From Felis catus (Eukaryota), in contig NC_058368.1 of the NCBI RefSeq assembly GCF_018350175.1, positions 194,186,001-194,250,000 on the forward strand: a DNA stretch of 64,000 bases. Reading direction: 5' to 3'. Position numbers and translations under genes: made by a program. The notes under the pieces are model-generated. The model did not search any database. It was not told where the DNA came from and saw only the letters and a list, made by a program, of their open reading frames with translations. Position 1 is the stretch's first letter. Every line of letters starts with the position of its first letter. Of this stretch, positions 1-12,580 are shown in pieces.

Positions 1-126
1 ACAATTTCTCTGTAGTATGTGATGCTATTTAATAGCATTTTACCCACAGGAGGACTTCTTTTGAAATTGGAGTCAACCCTTTCAAACCCTGCCACTGCTT
101 TATCAACTAAGTTGATATAATATTCT
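1..126 (-). mobile_element. Tigger1 (TcMar-Tigger) DNA transposon, 3' part; continues upstream of the window
   Basis: Matches recalled Tigger1 consensus (ACAATTTCTCTGTAGCATG...AACTAAGTTTATGTAATATTCT). Resumes co-linearly at ~10284 (aaatcccttgctgtcatt). Confidence 0.9.
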
Positions 127-3100
127 TATTTATTTTATTTTTAAATTTTCATTCCAGTGAGTTAACCTACAGTGTTATATTAGCTTCAGGTGTACAATAT
201 AGTGGTTCAACAATTCTGTATATCACTTAGTGCTCATCATGTAAGTGTATTCTTTAATCTCATTCATCTATTTCACTCATCTCCCCACCCCCCTCCTGTC
301 TGGTAACTGTCAGTTTGTTCTCTAGAGTTAAGGGTGTATTTCTTTTTGGTTGTTTGTGTCAATTCTTTTTTCATTTGTTCATTTTGTTCATTAAATTCCA
401 CATATGAGTGAGATCATATGGTATTTGTCTTTCTCTGACTTATTTTGCTTAACATTACACTCTCTAGCTGCATCTCTGTTGTTGCACATAGCAAGATTTC
501 ATTAGTGTTATGGCCAAATGATATTCCATTGTACACACACACACACACACACACCTTCTTTATCCATTCATCTATGACTGGATACCTAGACTGCTTCCAT
601 AGTTTGGCTGTTGTAAGTAATATTGCAATAAACATAGGGGTGCATATTTCCTTTTGAGTTAATGTTTTTGTATTCTTTGGGTAAATACCCAATAGTGCAA
701 TTACTGGATCATAAGGTAGTTCTCTTTTTAATTTTTGAGGAAGCTCCATACTCTTTTCTACAATGGCTATACCCCTTTGCATTCCCACCAACAGTGCAAG
801 AAGTTTCCTTTTTCTCCACAACTTCACCCGCACCTATTGTTTCTTGTATTTTTTATTTTGGTGATTCTGACAGGTATGAGATGATACCTCATTGTAAATT
901 TGATTTACATTTCCCTGATGATGAATGATGTTGAGCATCTTTTCATGTATGTGTTGGTCACTTGGATGTCTTCTTTGGAGAAATGTCTGTTCATGTCTTC
1001 TGCCCATTTTGAATTATATTATTTTGTTTTTGGGTGTTGAGTTGTATAACAACTTCATGCATTTTAGATATTAACCCTTTATTAGATATGTCATTTGTAA
1101 ATATCTTCTCCCATTTCATGGGTTTCCTTTTAGTTTCACTGATTCTTTCATTGTGCAGAAATTTTTTATTTTGATGTAGTCCCAATAGTTTATTTTTGCT
1201 TTTATTCCTTTCCCTCAGGAGACATTATCTATAAAAGTGGTATTATAGTAGATATTAGATAAATCACTGCTTTTGCTCTCTTTTAGGACTTTTATGGTTT
1301 CTGATCTTATTTAGGTCTTTCATCCATTTTGAATTTATTTTTGTATATGGTGTAAGAAAGTGATCCAATTTCATTCTTTTGTGTGTAGCTATCCAGTTTT
1401 CCAAACACCATTTGTTACAGAGACTGTCTCTTTTCCATTGCATTCTTGCTTCTTCTGCCAAACTTTAATTGACCATATAATCATGAGTTTGTTTCTGAGC
1501 CTTCTGTTCTGTTCTGTTGATCTGTGTGTCTGTTTCGGTGCCAGTACCATACTGTTTTGATTACTACAGCTTTGTAGTATAACTTGAAATATGAAATTGT
1601 GATACCTCCAGCTTTGTTTCTCTTTTTTAATATTGCTTTGGCTATTCAATATTTTTTGTGGTTCCATAAAAATTTTAGGATTCTTTGTTCCAGTTCTGCA
1701 AAAAATGCTGTTGGTATTTTGATAGGGATTGCATTAAATCTGTAGATTGCTTTGGGTAATAGAGACATTTGAACAATATTTGTTCTTCCAACCAATGAAC
1801 ATGCAACATCTTTCCATTTGTTTGTGTCATCTTCAATTTCTTTCATCAGTGTTTTATAGTTTTCAGAGTACAGGTCTTTTACCGCCCCCCCCCCACACAC
1901 CCTAAGTTAAGTTTATTACTAGATATGTTATTATTTTTGGTGCATTTATAAATGGGATTTCTTTCTTGATTTTGCTTTCTGTTGTTTCATTATTAGTGTG
2001 TAGAAATTCAATGGATTTCTGTACATTCATTTTGTATCCTGCAAACTTATGGATTTCATTTATCAGTACGAACAGTTTTTTGGTGGAGTCTTTGGGGTTT
2101 TTTATATATAGCATCATGTTATTGGCAAATAGTGACAGTTTTACTTCTTCCCTATTAATTTAGATACTTTTTATTCCTTTTTACTATCTGATTACTGTGG
2201 CTAGGACTTTCAGAACCATGTTAAATAAAAGTGGCAAGAGGGGATATCTTTGTCTTGTTCCTGATCTTAGGGAGAAAGCTCTCAGTTTTTCACCATTGAG
2301 TATAATGTCATTTGTGGGTTTGTCATATATGGTCTTTATTATGGTGCAGTATGTGCCCTTTAAATGTACTTTGTTGAGGGTTTTTATCATGTATGGATGT
2401 TGTATGTTGTCAAATGCTTTTTCTGAATCATTAATTGAAATGATCATATGGTTCTTATCCTTTCTCTTATTGATATATCACATTGATTTGTGAATATTGA
2501 ACCTCTCTTGCATCCTGGGAATAAACCCCACTTGATCATGGTGAATGATTTTTTTAATGTATTGTTGGATTCAGTTTGCTAATATTTTGTTGAGGATTTT
2601 TGGATCTATGTTCATCAGAGATATTGGCATCAGAGTAATGCAGGCCTCATAAAATGGATTTGGAAGTTTTCCTTTCCCTTCCATTTTTTGGAAAAGTTTG
2701 AAAAGAATAGGTATTAGCTCTTTAAATATTTGCCAGAATTCTCTTGTGAAGCCATCTGGTACTGGACTTTTGATTTTTGAGAGTTTTCTAATTAATTATT
2801 TAGTTTCATTGCTGGTAGTTTTTCTACTTCTTCCTGATACATCTTTTCATGGTTACATGTTTCCAGAAATGTATCCATTTCTTTTATGTTGTCCAATTTG
2901 TTGCCACATAATTTTCCATAATATTCTGATAATTGTATTTCTGTGCTGACAGTTGTTATTTCTGCCCTTTCATTTCTGATTTTGAGTCCTCTTTTTTTTT
3001 TTTTTGATGAGTCTGTCTAAAGGTTTATCAATCTTTATTTTTTTTAGTTTCTATTTCATTCATTTATGCTCTAATGTTTATTATTTCCTCCCTTCTACCG

Positions 3101-4310
3101 GTTTTGGATTTTGTTTTTCTTCATTTCCTAGTTCCTTTCTGTGTAAAGTTAGATAGTTTGAGATTTTGAGGCAGGCCTGTATTGCTATAAAACTCTCCTC
3201 TTAGAACAGCTTTTGCTATTTCCCAAAGATTTTAGACCATTCTGTTTTCATTTTCATTTGTCTCTGTGTATTTTTTGATTCCCTCTTTGACTTATCGGTT
3301 AACCCATTTATTGTTTAGTGGCAGGTTATTTAACCTCCATGTATTTGTGCTTTTTCCAGATTGCTTCTTGTGGTTGACTTCTAGTTTCATAGTGTTGTGG
3401 CCAAAAAAGATCCATGGTATGACTTCAATCTTTCTGAATTTATTGAGACTTGTCTGTGGCTTCATATGTGATCTATCTTGGAGAATATACTGTGTGCACT
3501 TGAAAAGAATGTGTATTATGCTGTTTTAGGGTGGAATGTTTTGAGTATATCTGTTAAATCCATCTGATCTCAAGTGTCATTCAAACTGGTTTCCTTGTTG
3601 ATTTTCTGTTTAGATGAAATGTCCATTGATGTAAGTGGGGTATCAAAGTTCCATACTATTAGTATATTGACTATTGCCTTTATGTTTGTTATTAACTGCT
3701 TTAAGTATCTGGATGCTTCCATTCTGAGTGCATAAATATTTATACTTGTTATATATCTTGTTAGATTGTCAACTTTATTATTATATAGTATTCTTCTTTG
3801 CTCTTATTACAGTCTTTGTTTTAAAGTCTATGCTGTCTGATAGAATTATGCTACTTAGCTTTCTTCTGACACCATTTGCATGAGAAATACTTCTCCATCC
3901 CTTCACTTTTTTTTTAATCCAAGTTAACATATACTGTAACAATGATTTCAGGAGAGGAATTTAGTGATCCATCAGTTACAACAATACCCAGTGCTCATCC
4001 CAACAAGTGCCCTCCCTAATGCCCTTCACCCGTTTAGCCCCTTCCCCTATCCAACACCCATCCAGCAATCCTCAGTTCTCTGTATTTAAGAGTCTCTAAT
4101 GTTTGTCTCCCTCTGTGTTTTTATCTTATTTTTCCTTCCCTTCCCCTATGTTCATCTGTTTTGTTTCTTAAATTCCACATGAGTGAAATCACATGCTATT
4201 TGTCTTTTTTATGACTGACTTACTTCACTTAGCATAATACCCTCTAGTTCCATCCATGTTTTTGCAAATGGCAAGATTTTGTTCTTTTTAATCACCGAGT
4301 AATATTGCAT

Positions 4311-4444
4311 TGTGTGTATGTATATATATATGTATGTATATGTATATATATATGTATGTATGTATACATATATATGTATGTATGTATACATATATATGTA
4401 TATACATATATGTATGTATGTATACACACACACACACACACACA
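4311..4444. repeat. Compound microsatellite (TG/TA/TATG/CA)n inside the L1 ORF2 3' end
   Basis: Directly visible. Confidence 0.95.
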
Positions 4445-4539
4445 CCACATCTTTATCCATTCATCAGCCAATGGACATTTGAGCTCTTTCCATAATTTGG
4501 CTATTGTTAATAGTGCTGCTATAAACATTGGGGTGCATT

Positions 4540-4766
4540 GGGGTGCCTGGGTGGCGCAGTCGGTTAAGCGTCTGACGTCCGACTTCAGCCAGGTCACGAT
4601 CTCGCGGTCCGTGAGTTCGAGCCCCGCGTCGGGCTCTGGGCTGATGGCTCAGAGCCTGGAGCCTGTTTCCGATTCTGTGTCTCCCTCTCTCTCTGCCCCT
4701 CCCCCGTTCATGCTCTGTCTCTCTCTGTCCCAAAAATAAATAAACGTTGAAAAAAAATTAAAAAAA
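4540..4766 (+). mobile_element. Young CanSINE (SINEC_Fc type, tRNA-derived)
   Basis: A box tggcgcagtcgg, B box gagttcgagcc, CT tract, A tail, CpGs retained. Perfect 16-bp TSD aaacattggggtgcat (4523-4538 / 4767-4782). Confidence 0.97.
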
Positions 4767-7700
4767 AAACATTGGGGTGCATGTGCCCCTTCAAATCAGC
4801 ATTTTTGTATCCTTTAGATCAACACCTAGTAGCGAAATTTCTGGGTCATAGGATACTTTCATTTTTAATTTTTGAGGAACCTCAATACTGTTTTCCAGAG
4901 TGGATGCACCAGTTTGAATTCCCACCAGCAGGGCAAGTGTTCCCCTTTCTCCGCTCCTTTCCAACACTGTTGTTTCCTGAGTTGTTCATTTTAGCCATTC
5001 TGACAGGTGTGGGGTGGTATCTCATGCGGTTTTGATTTGTATTTCCCTGATGATGTTCAGCATCTTTTCATGTGTCTGTTAGCCATCTGGGTGTCTTCTT
5101 TGGAAAAGTGTCTATTCATGTCTTTTGACCATCTCTTCACTGGATTATTTGTTTTTTGGGTGTTGAGGTTGGTTAAGTACTTGATAGATTTTGGATACTA
5201 ACCCTTTATATGTCATTTGTAAATATCTTCTCCCATTTCTTTGGTTGCCTTTTAGTTTTGCTGATGGTTTCCTTCACTGTGCAGAAGTTTTTCATCTTGA
5301 TGAGGTCTCAATAGTTCATTTTTGCTTTTGTTTCCCTTGCCTCCAGAGACATGTCAAGTAAGAAGTTGTTGTGGCCAAGGTAGAAGAGGTTGTTGCCTGT
5401 TTTCTCTTCTGGGATTTTGATGGCTTCCTGTCTTATACTTAGGTCTGTCATCCATTTTGAGTTTATTTTTGTGTATGGTGTAAGAAAGTGGTCCAGGTTC
5501 ATTCTTCTGCATGTCACTGTCCAACTCTCCCAAAACCAATTGTTGAAGAGACTGTCTTTTTTTCCATTGGATATTCTTTCCTGCTTACTTGAGGATTAGC
5601 TGGCCATACCCTTGGGGGTCCATTTCTGGGTTCTCTATTCTGTTCCAGTGATCTGTGTGTCTGTTTTTTGTGCCAGTCCCATACTGCCTTATTACAGCTT
5701 TGTAATACAGCTTCAAGTCCAGAACTGTGATGCCTCTGGATTTGGATTTCTTTTTCAACATTCCTTTGGCTATTCAGGGTATTTTCTGGTTCCATACAAA
5801 TTTTAGAATTGTTTGTTTTATCTCTGTGAAGAATGCTGGTGTTATTTTGATAGGGATTGCATTGAATATGTAGCCTGCTTTGGGTAGTATGGACATTTTA
5901 ACAATATTTGTTTTTCCAAGCCATGAGCATAGAAAGTTTTTCCATTTTTTTGTGTGTCTTCTTCAATTTCTTTCATAAATTTTCTATGGTTTTCAGAGTA
6001 TAGATCTTTTACCTCTTTGATTAGGTTTATTCCTAGGTATTTTATGTTTTTTTTTTTTTTTTTTGGTGCAATTGTAAATGGGACTGATTCCTTTATTTCT
6101 CTTTCTGCTGTTTCATTATTGGTGTATAGAAATGTAGCTGATTTCTGTACATTGATTTTATATCATGTGGCTTTGCTGAATTCATGGATCAGTTCTAGCA
6201 GGTTTTTTGGGTTTTACACACACAGTATCATGTCATCTGCAAAGAGTGAAAGTTTGACTTCCTCATTGCTGATTTGGATGCATTTTATTTCTTTTTTGTC
6301 GTCTGATTGCTGAGGCTAGGATTTCCAACACTATGTTGAACAATAGTGGTGAGAGTGGACATTCTTGTCATTCTTCTGACCCCAAGGGTAAAGATTTCAG
6401 TTTTTCCCCATTGAGGATGATAGTACCTGTGGGTCTTTTGTATATGGCCTTTATGATCTTGAGGTATGATTTTTCTATTCCTAGTTTCTTGAGGGTTTTT
6501 ATCAAGAAAGAATGATATATTTATCACATACATTTTCTGCATCTATCGAGAGGATCATGTGGTTCTTACCCTTTATTTATTAATGTAATGTATCCCATTG
6601 ACTGGTTTGTGGATATTGAACCAGCTCTACATCCCAGGAATAAACCCCACTTGATCACAGTGAATGATTCTTTTAATATATTGTTGGATCTGATTTTCTA
6701 GTATCTTGAGAATTTTTACATCTATGTTCATGAGGAAAATTGGTCTGTAGTTCTCCTTTTTAGTGGGGTCTTTGGCTGTGGTACCAAGGTAATGCTGGCC
6801 TTGTGTAATGAGTTTAGAAGTTTTCCTTCCATTTCTTTTTTTTTTTTTTTTTTTTTTTTTTTGGAACAGCTTCAAAAGAAATGGTGTTAACTCTTCTTTA
6901 AATATTTGGTTGAATTCCCTTGGAAAGCCATCCAGCCCTGGATTCTTGTTTGCTGGGAGAGTTTTGATTACTGATTCAATTTCTTTACTTGGTATGGGTC
7001 TGTTGAAATATTCAATTTCTTCCTGTCTCAGTTTTGGTAGTTTATATGTTCCTAGGAATTTGTCCATTTCTTTCAGATTACCCAATTTGTTGGCATATAA
7101 TTGCTCATAATATTCTCTTATTATTGTTTGTATTTCTGTGGTGTTGTTTGTGGTCTCTCTTCTTTCATTTGTGATTTTATTTATTTGGGTCCTTTCTTTT
7201 CTTTTTCTTTTCTTTCTTTCTTTCTTTTTTTTTGATCTTATTAGGGGTTTATCAATTTTGTTAATTCTTTCAAAGAACCAGCTCCTGTTTTCACTCATCT
7301 GTTCTACTCTTTGTTTTTAATTTCAATAATATTGTTTCCTGCTCTAATCTTTATTATTTCCCTTCTTCTGCTAGTTTTGCTTTATTTGCTGTTCTTTTTC
7401 CAGCTCCTTACCATCCCTTAACTTTCAATCTGCATGTGCCTTTAGGTCTGAAATTAATCTTTTGTAGGCAGCATATAGATGCGACTTCTTTTTTTTTTTT
7501 AATCCATTTCATTACCTGATGGAGCATTTAGACCATTTATATTCTAAGTAATTATTTTTAGGTATGTATTTATTGCCATCTGTTACTTGTTTTGTTATTG
7601 TTTTTGTAGTTTCCCCCGCTCCTTTCTTCTCTTGTTCTCTTCTCTCACCATCAATTGGCTTTCCTTAGTCATATATTTGCATTCCTTTATCTTTACTTTT

Positions 7701-8028
7701 TGCATATATATTACATTACTGGCTTTATCCACCATATGGTGGCTACCATGTGATTTGTATATATTATCTTCTGCATATAGCAGTCTATATTATGTTGATG
7801 ATTGCTTAAGTTTGAACTCATTATTTACTCCTCTCCCCTCCACGTTTTAGGTGTATAGTCATACTTTACACACTTTTATTTTGTGAATCTCTTGACTGAT
7901 TTTTACAGATACACTTATTTTTACTACTTCTTTGCTTCCTACTTTCCTTACTCTTTTTTATGATCTTCCCTTTCCATTTAAAGAGTCCCCTTTAATATTC
8001 CTTGTAGTGGTCATGATTCCTTTAACTT

Positions 8029-8259
8029 TTATTTATCTGGAAAACTTTTTATCTCGCTTTCTATTCTGAATGATAATCTTGCTGGATAGGGTATTCTTGG
8101 CTGCAGTTTTATTCCTTTCAGCACTTTGAATATATCATGCCACTCCCTCCTGGCCTGCAAAGTGTCTGCAGAAAATTTTGCTGCTAGTCTTATGGGGTTT
8201 CCTTTATATGTAACAGTTTTCTTTTCTCTTTCTGCCTTAAAAATTCTCTCTTTACACAA
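8029..8259 (-). pseudogene. L1 ORF1p C-terminal remnant (outer L1)
   Basis: Translation KERIFKAEREKKTVTYKGNPIRLAAKFSADTLQARREWHDIFKVLK...YPARLSF is typical L1 ORF1p. No intact full-length frame. Confidence 0.9.
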
Positions 8260-10910
8260 GGTTTTGCCAATGTATATATTATATATCTCGGCTTGTACCT
8301 CCTTGGGTTTGTTGGGGGATATCTGTGCCTCTTGGATCTGATTTCTCTTTCTCCCCCAGATTTTGGAAGTTTTCAGCTATGATTTCTTCAAATAAATTTT
8401 CTGCTCCCTTTTCTTTCTCTTCTCCTTCTTAGATCCCTATAATGTGAAAGTTAATTATGCTTGATGGTGTGGCTGAGTTCCCTAAGTCTATTTTAATTTT
8501 ACATATTTTTTTCCTCTTACCTGCTCAGCTTTATTACTTTCCATTACTCTGTCCTCCAGGTTGCTGATTCTTTCTTCTGTTTCCTCTAGTCTACTATTTA
8601 TTCCATCTAGTGTATTTTTAATTTCATTTATTGTATTCTTCATCTCTCATTGGTTCTTTTTTTTTTTAATCTCTGTATGAATGGTCTCTCTGATGTCTTC
8701 CACTCTTCTCAAGTCCAGTGATTATCTTTATGACCATTACTTTAAATTCTCTATCAGGCATATTACTTATCTCTGTTTTGCTTAGGGCTCCTGCTGTGGT
8801 TTCATCTTGTTCTTTCATTTGGGATATACTCCTTACTCTCCTCATTTTGTCTTCATGTGTCTCTTTCTGTATGTTAGGAAGGACAGCTATGTCTCCTGCT
8901 CTTGAAAGTAGTGGCCTTATGAAGAAGAGGTCCTATAGTACCCTGCAGTGCAATGTCCCCTGTTCACCAGAATCTGGTACTTTAGGGATGTCTTTTATGT
9001 GTGATATGTAAGAGCATGTGCCCTGTGGTTGTGGCTGAGCTGCTTTTTCTTTTAGTCTGGTTGTATACAGAGGCTCTTTGCCTGCCGTGGCAGTCTTTGG
9101 TCACTGTGGTGTTGGTTGGTCAGTCTGGCAACACCATGGACTTGAATTGAACCAGACCAGGAATTTTTAAGAGATGCAGTAGCACCAAAATGTGGGGTGT
9201 GTTCTCTGTGCTATCCCCTTGCATTGGTGAAGTTTGCATTGGTGAATGGGGCCTGCAGTCAGACCAGTTGTCTGCCTTTAGCCCACTGCTGGGGCCTCCA
9301 TCTGACTGCTGTGTGTGGTTATTTTTCCTTCTCTTTAGGGCAGGAGTCATTTTGGAGTGGTGCTGGCCACTTATAGAGGCTGCTTGCATACTGCTAGACC
9401 TGTGGCAGTGACCTGTATGGACTCTGGCCAAGATCCAGAAAGGGTGAATCCACCAAAGCATTATGCAGGTTTCATGCAGGTGGTGTAGTAGGACAGCAAT
9501 GCTAGTAAGCTTTGAGGGCCACTGGTCCTCTGTAGAAGGGGCCCTACAGAACCTGGCCTGAGGCAGGCTATTTGGAGGAGTGGGTTATGGGGGTGGGGTG
9601 CAAAGCAAGTCCTGCAGCTGGCTGTGTGCTTTTGCTGGGGAGTGGGAGAGGGAAATGGCACCTGTCAGTTCCTTTGTTCCTGGAGGAGTTCCCCAGCAAT
9701 ATATGGCCCTATAAGACAACCCTCTGATGTTAATAAATAAGTCTTCCTTTGGTATGCTCTAGGAGCCTTTTAAACTGCTGCTTCCATGCTATATCACCAT
9801 GGGCTGTTCATTGTGATATCTTATTAAGGGCAAGGACTCAGTTTCTTCTTGCCCCTGGCTCTCCCATTGCTGACCCTACCAATTTTTTAAATTTTAGGTT
9901 TTAAGTACTGCTGGTTTAAGAACTCATGAAATTCGGCCCGTCCGTTTTTTCAAAGCCAAATGTTATAGGAATTCAGGCTTCCTGGTGTGGAGATCTGGTT
10001 TTTAATTCTTTTCCATGTCCACAGTGTCCCTCCCTCCCTCCCATGGACAGTCCCTTAAGTCCATTTAGTTTCTGATCACATTTCTACCCTTCCTACCCTC
10101 TTTGATATGGCCACTTCTCTACATTTGGTTGTGGAGTTTATTCTGCCAGTCTCCAGTCATTTTCTGGGTTGTTTACACTGATGTATTATCTAGTTGTACC
10201 CATGAGGATACCTTAGGTGAGCCTAGGGTCCTCCTACCCTCCCCCCCCCTTCTTCCTTGGAAGTCTAGTTTACCTAATATTTTAAATCCCTTGCTGTCAT
10301 TTAAACAATTTCCACAGCATCTTCACAAAAAACACTGACTTTGCTCATCCAAAAGAGGCAACTCCTCATCTGTTAACATTTTATCATGAGATTGAAGCAA
10401 TTCAGTCACATCTTCAGGCCCCATTTCTAGTTCTCTATTTCCACCATATCTGCAGTTACTTCCTCCACTGAGGCCTTGAACCCTCAAAGTAATCCATGAG
10501 GGTCGGAATCAACCAACGAAGGAATTCCAAACATCTGTTTAATGTTGATATTTTTATCTCTTCCATGTATCAAGAATGTTTTTAATGACATCTAGATGGT
10601 GACTCTTTTCCAAAACGTTTTCAGTTGACTTCACTCAGATCCATCAGAGGAATCAGTATCTATGGCAGTTAAAGATTTATAAAATATATTTTTTAAATAA
10701 TAAGACTTGAAAGTCAAAATGACTCCTTGATCCATGGGTTGCAAAATGGATATTATTAGCAGGCATGAAAACAATATTAATTTTATTATATATCTGTAGC
10801 AGAGCTCTTGGGTGACCCATGGTATTGTCAATGAACAGTAAAACTTTGAAAGGAATCTTTATATTTTTGAAGTGGGCTTAACATATGTAGTCAAACATGT
10901 TTTAAACAGA

Positions 10911-10930
10911 CTCTTTTTGTTATCTTACAT

Positions 10931-10983
<53 letters not shown>

Positions 10984-11187
10984 ATATAATTTATTGTCAA
11001 ATTGGCTTACATACAATACCCAGTGCTCATCCCAACAAGTGCCTTCCTCCATGCCCATCATCCATTTTCCCTTCTCCCCCAACCCCCATCAACCCTCAAT
11101 TTGTTCTCTGTATTTAAGAGTCTCTTATGGTTTGGTTCCCTCTCTGTTTGTAACTATTTTTTCCCCTTCCCTTCCCCCATGGTCTTC
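10911..11187 (-). mobile_element. Short felid L1 3'-end insertion with (TTTA)n tail, inside Tigger1
   Basis: L1 3'UTR (aatttattgtcaaattggcttacatacaatacccagtgctcatccc). Flanking repeat ttaaacaga (10902-10910 / 11188-11196). Confidence 0.88.
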
Positions 11188-12325
11188 TTAAACAGATGGA
11201 CTCTTATCCAGACTTTTTTTGTTTCATTTATAAAGACAGAGTAGATTTAGCATAATTCTTAAGGGTCCCAGAATTTTTAGAATGGTAAATGACCATTGAC
11301 TTCAACTTAAATTCCCTCACTGCATTAACCCTTAAGAGAGTCAGCTTGTCCTTTGAAGCTTTGAAACCAGGCACTGACTTCTCTCCAGTTGTGGAACTCT
11401 TAAATGGTATCATCTTCCAATAGAAGGGTGATTCATATACATTGAAAATCTTAAGTTTAATCATCTTCATTAATTATCTCAAGTAGGTCTTCTGGATAAC
11501 TTGCTGCTTCCCTTTGTACTTTTATGCTGTGGAGATGGCTTCTTTCCTTAAAGCTCATGCGCTAATCTCTGCTAGTTTCAAACTTTTTTTCTGCAGCTTC
11601 CTCACTTCACTCTCAGCCTTCAGAGAACTGAGTAAAGTTAGGGCCTTACTCTTGATTAGGCTTTGGCTTAAGGGAATGTTGTGGCTAGTTTGATCTTCTA
11701 TTCAGACTACTCAAACTTTCTCCATATTAGCAATAAAGCTCTTTCACTTTCTTATTATTGGTGTGTTCACTAGAGTAGCACTTTTAATTACCTTCAACAA
11801 CTATTCCTTTACATTTACAACTTGGCTAACTAGGCTTTTTGCACTAAGTTTCAGGCTATCTTGTCTTTTGACATGCCTGCCCAACTAAGCTTATCAGTTT
11901 TAGTTTTTGATTTAAAGTAAGAGGCAACTCTTCCTTTCACTTGAACACTTAGAGGCCATTCTAGGGTTATTAATGGGCCTTATTTCAATATTGTTGTGTT
12001 TCAGCAAAGAGGGAGGCCCAAAGAGAGGAAAAGCGATGGGGGAATGGCCATTTGGTGGAGCAGTTATAACACATAACAATTCTAAGTTTGTTGTCTTATA
12101 TGTGCATAGTTTGTGGCTCCCCAAAACAATAGCAATAGTAACATCAAAGATCACTGATCATAGATGACCATGACAAATACAATAATAATGAAAAAGTTTA
12201 AACTATTGAGAATTATCAAAATGTGACTCAGAGACCTGAAGTTTCATAATACTTTTGGAAATATTCCCATGAACCCTCAATGCAAGGTTGTCACAAATTT
12301 CAATTTGTAAAAAATGCAATAAGGT

Positions 12326-12534
12326 GGGGCGCCTGGGTGGCTCAGTCAGTTAAGCGGCGAGCTTCGGCTCAGGTCATGATCTCGCAGTCCGTGGGTTCAA
12401 GCCCCGCGTCTGGCTCTGTGCTGACAGCTCAGAGCCTGGAGCCTGTTTCAGATTCTGTGTCTCCCTCTCTCTGACCCTCCCCCATTCATGCTCTCTCTCT
12501 GTCTCAAAAATAAATAAAGGTTAAAAAAGTTAAA
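12326..12534 (+). mobile_element. CanSINE inside the Tigger1 5' end
   Basis: ggggcgcctgggtggctcagtc head, CT tract, A tail. TSD aaaaaatgcaataaggt / aaaaaatgcagtaaggt. Confidence 0.96.
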
Positions 12535-12580
12535 AAAAAATGCAGTAAGGTGAAGCACAATAAAGTGAGGTCTGCCTGTA

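Larger units (their letters stand above)
3910..7410 (-). mobile_element. 5'-truncated younger carnivore/felid LINE-1 (~3.5 kb) nested in the ORF2 endonuclease region of the outer L1
   Basis: Own poly(T) tail and 3'UTR from 3910. ORF2 fragment 6627-7298 (SWFFERINKIDKPL...CDQVGFIPGM). 15-bp TSD ccatcccttcacttt (3895-3909) / ccatcccttaacttt (7411-7425). Confidence 0.93.
127..10266 (-). mobile_element. Full-length, decayed carnivore LINE-1 (L1_Carn-type), interrupted at 3910-7410 by a second L1
   Basis: T-rich tail from 127. ORF2 fragments in the ORF track ([20 protein letters not shown]-term: ELPYDPVIALLGIYPK). ORF1 fragment 8029-8259. 5'UTR to 10266 (minus strand starts agacttccaaggaagaagg...gtaggaggaccctaggctcacc). 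Degenerate TSD agttgatataatattct (110-126) / agtttacctaatatttt (10267-10283). Confidence 0.93.
10284..12578 (-). mobile_element. Tigger1 main body and 5' terminal inverted repeat, with disrupted transposase
   Basis: ORF remnants MASKCSSERKS (11912-12154), PGFKASKDKLTLL (11228-11470) and [18 protein letters not shown] (10631-10831). Ends ...gaggtctgcctg followed by TA (12579-12580), matching the CAGGCATACCTC TIR and a TA target site. Confidence 0.93.

Noticed and set aside
1884..1902. C-runs in L1s (also 58698-58711) as G-quadruplex elements
   Set aside because: Local homopolymer slippage in dead L1 copies; possibly affected by sequencing error
4540..4630. tRNA genes
   Set aside because: A/B boxes belong to tRNA-derived SINE heads followed by CT tract, A tail and TSDs; no standalone cloverleaf was found
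4464..4733. Recurring ORFs (MGQRETEHERGRG..., WVAQSVK...) as a gene family
   Set aside because: They are translations of CanSINE sequence
6627..7298. Longest ORF (223 aa) as a functional gene
   Set aside because: It is a fragment of L1 ORF2 in a 5'-truncated copy, with homopolymer-derived poly-K runs and a frameshifted middle
10631..12154. Domesticated TIGD1-like transposase gene
   Set aside because: The Tigger1 ORF is broken into short frames, has deletions, and is interrupted by an L1 stub and a 10-kb L1 nest, so it is a fossil
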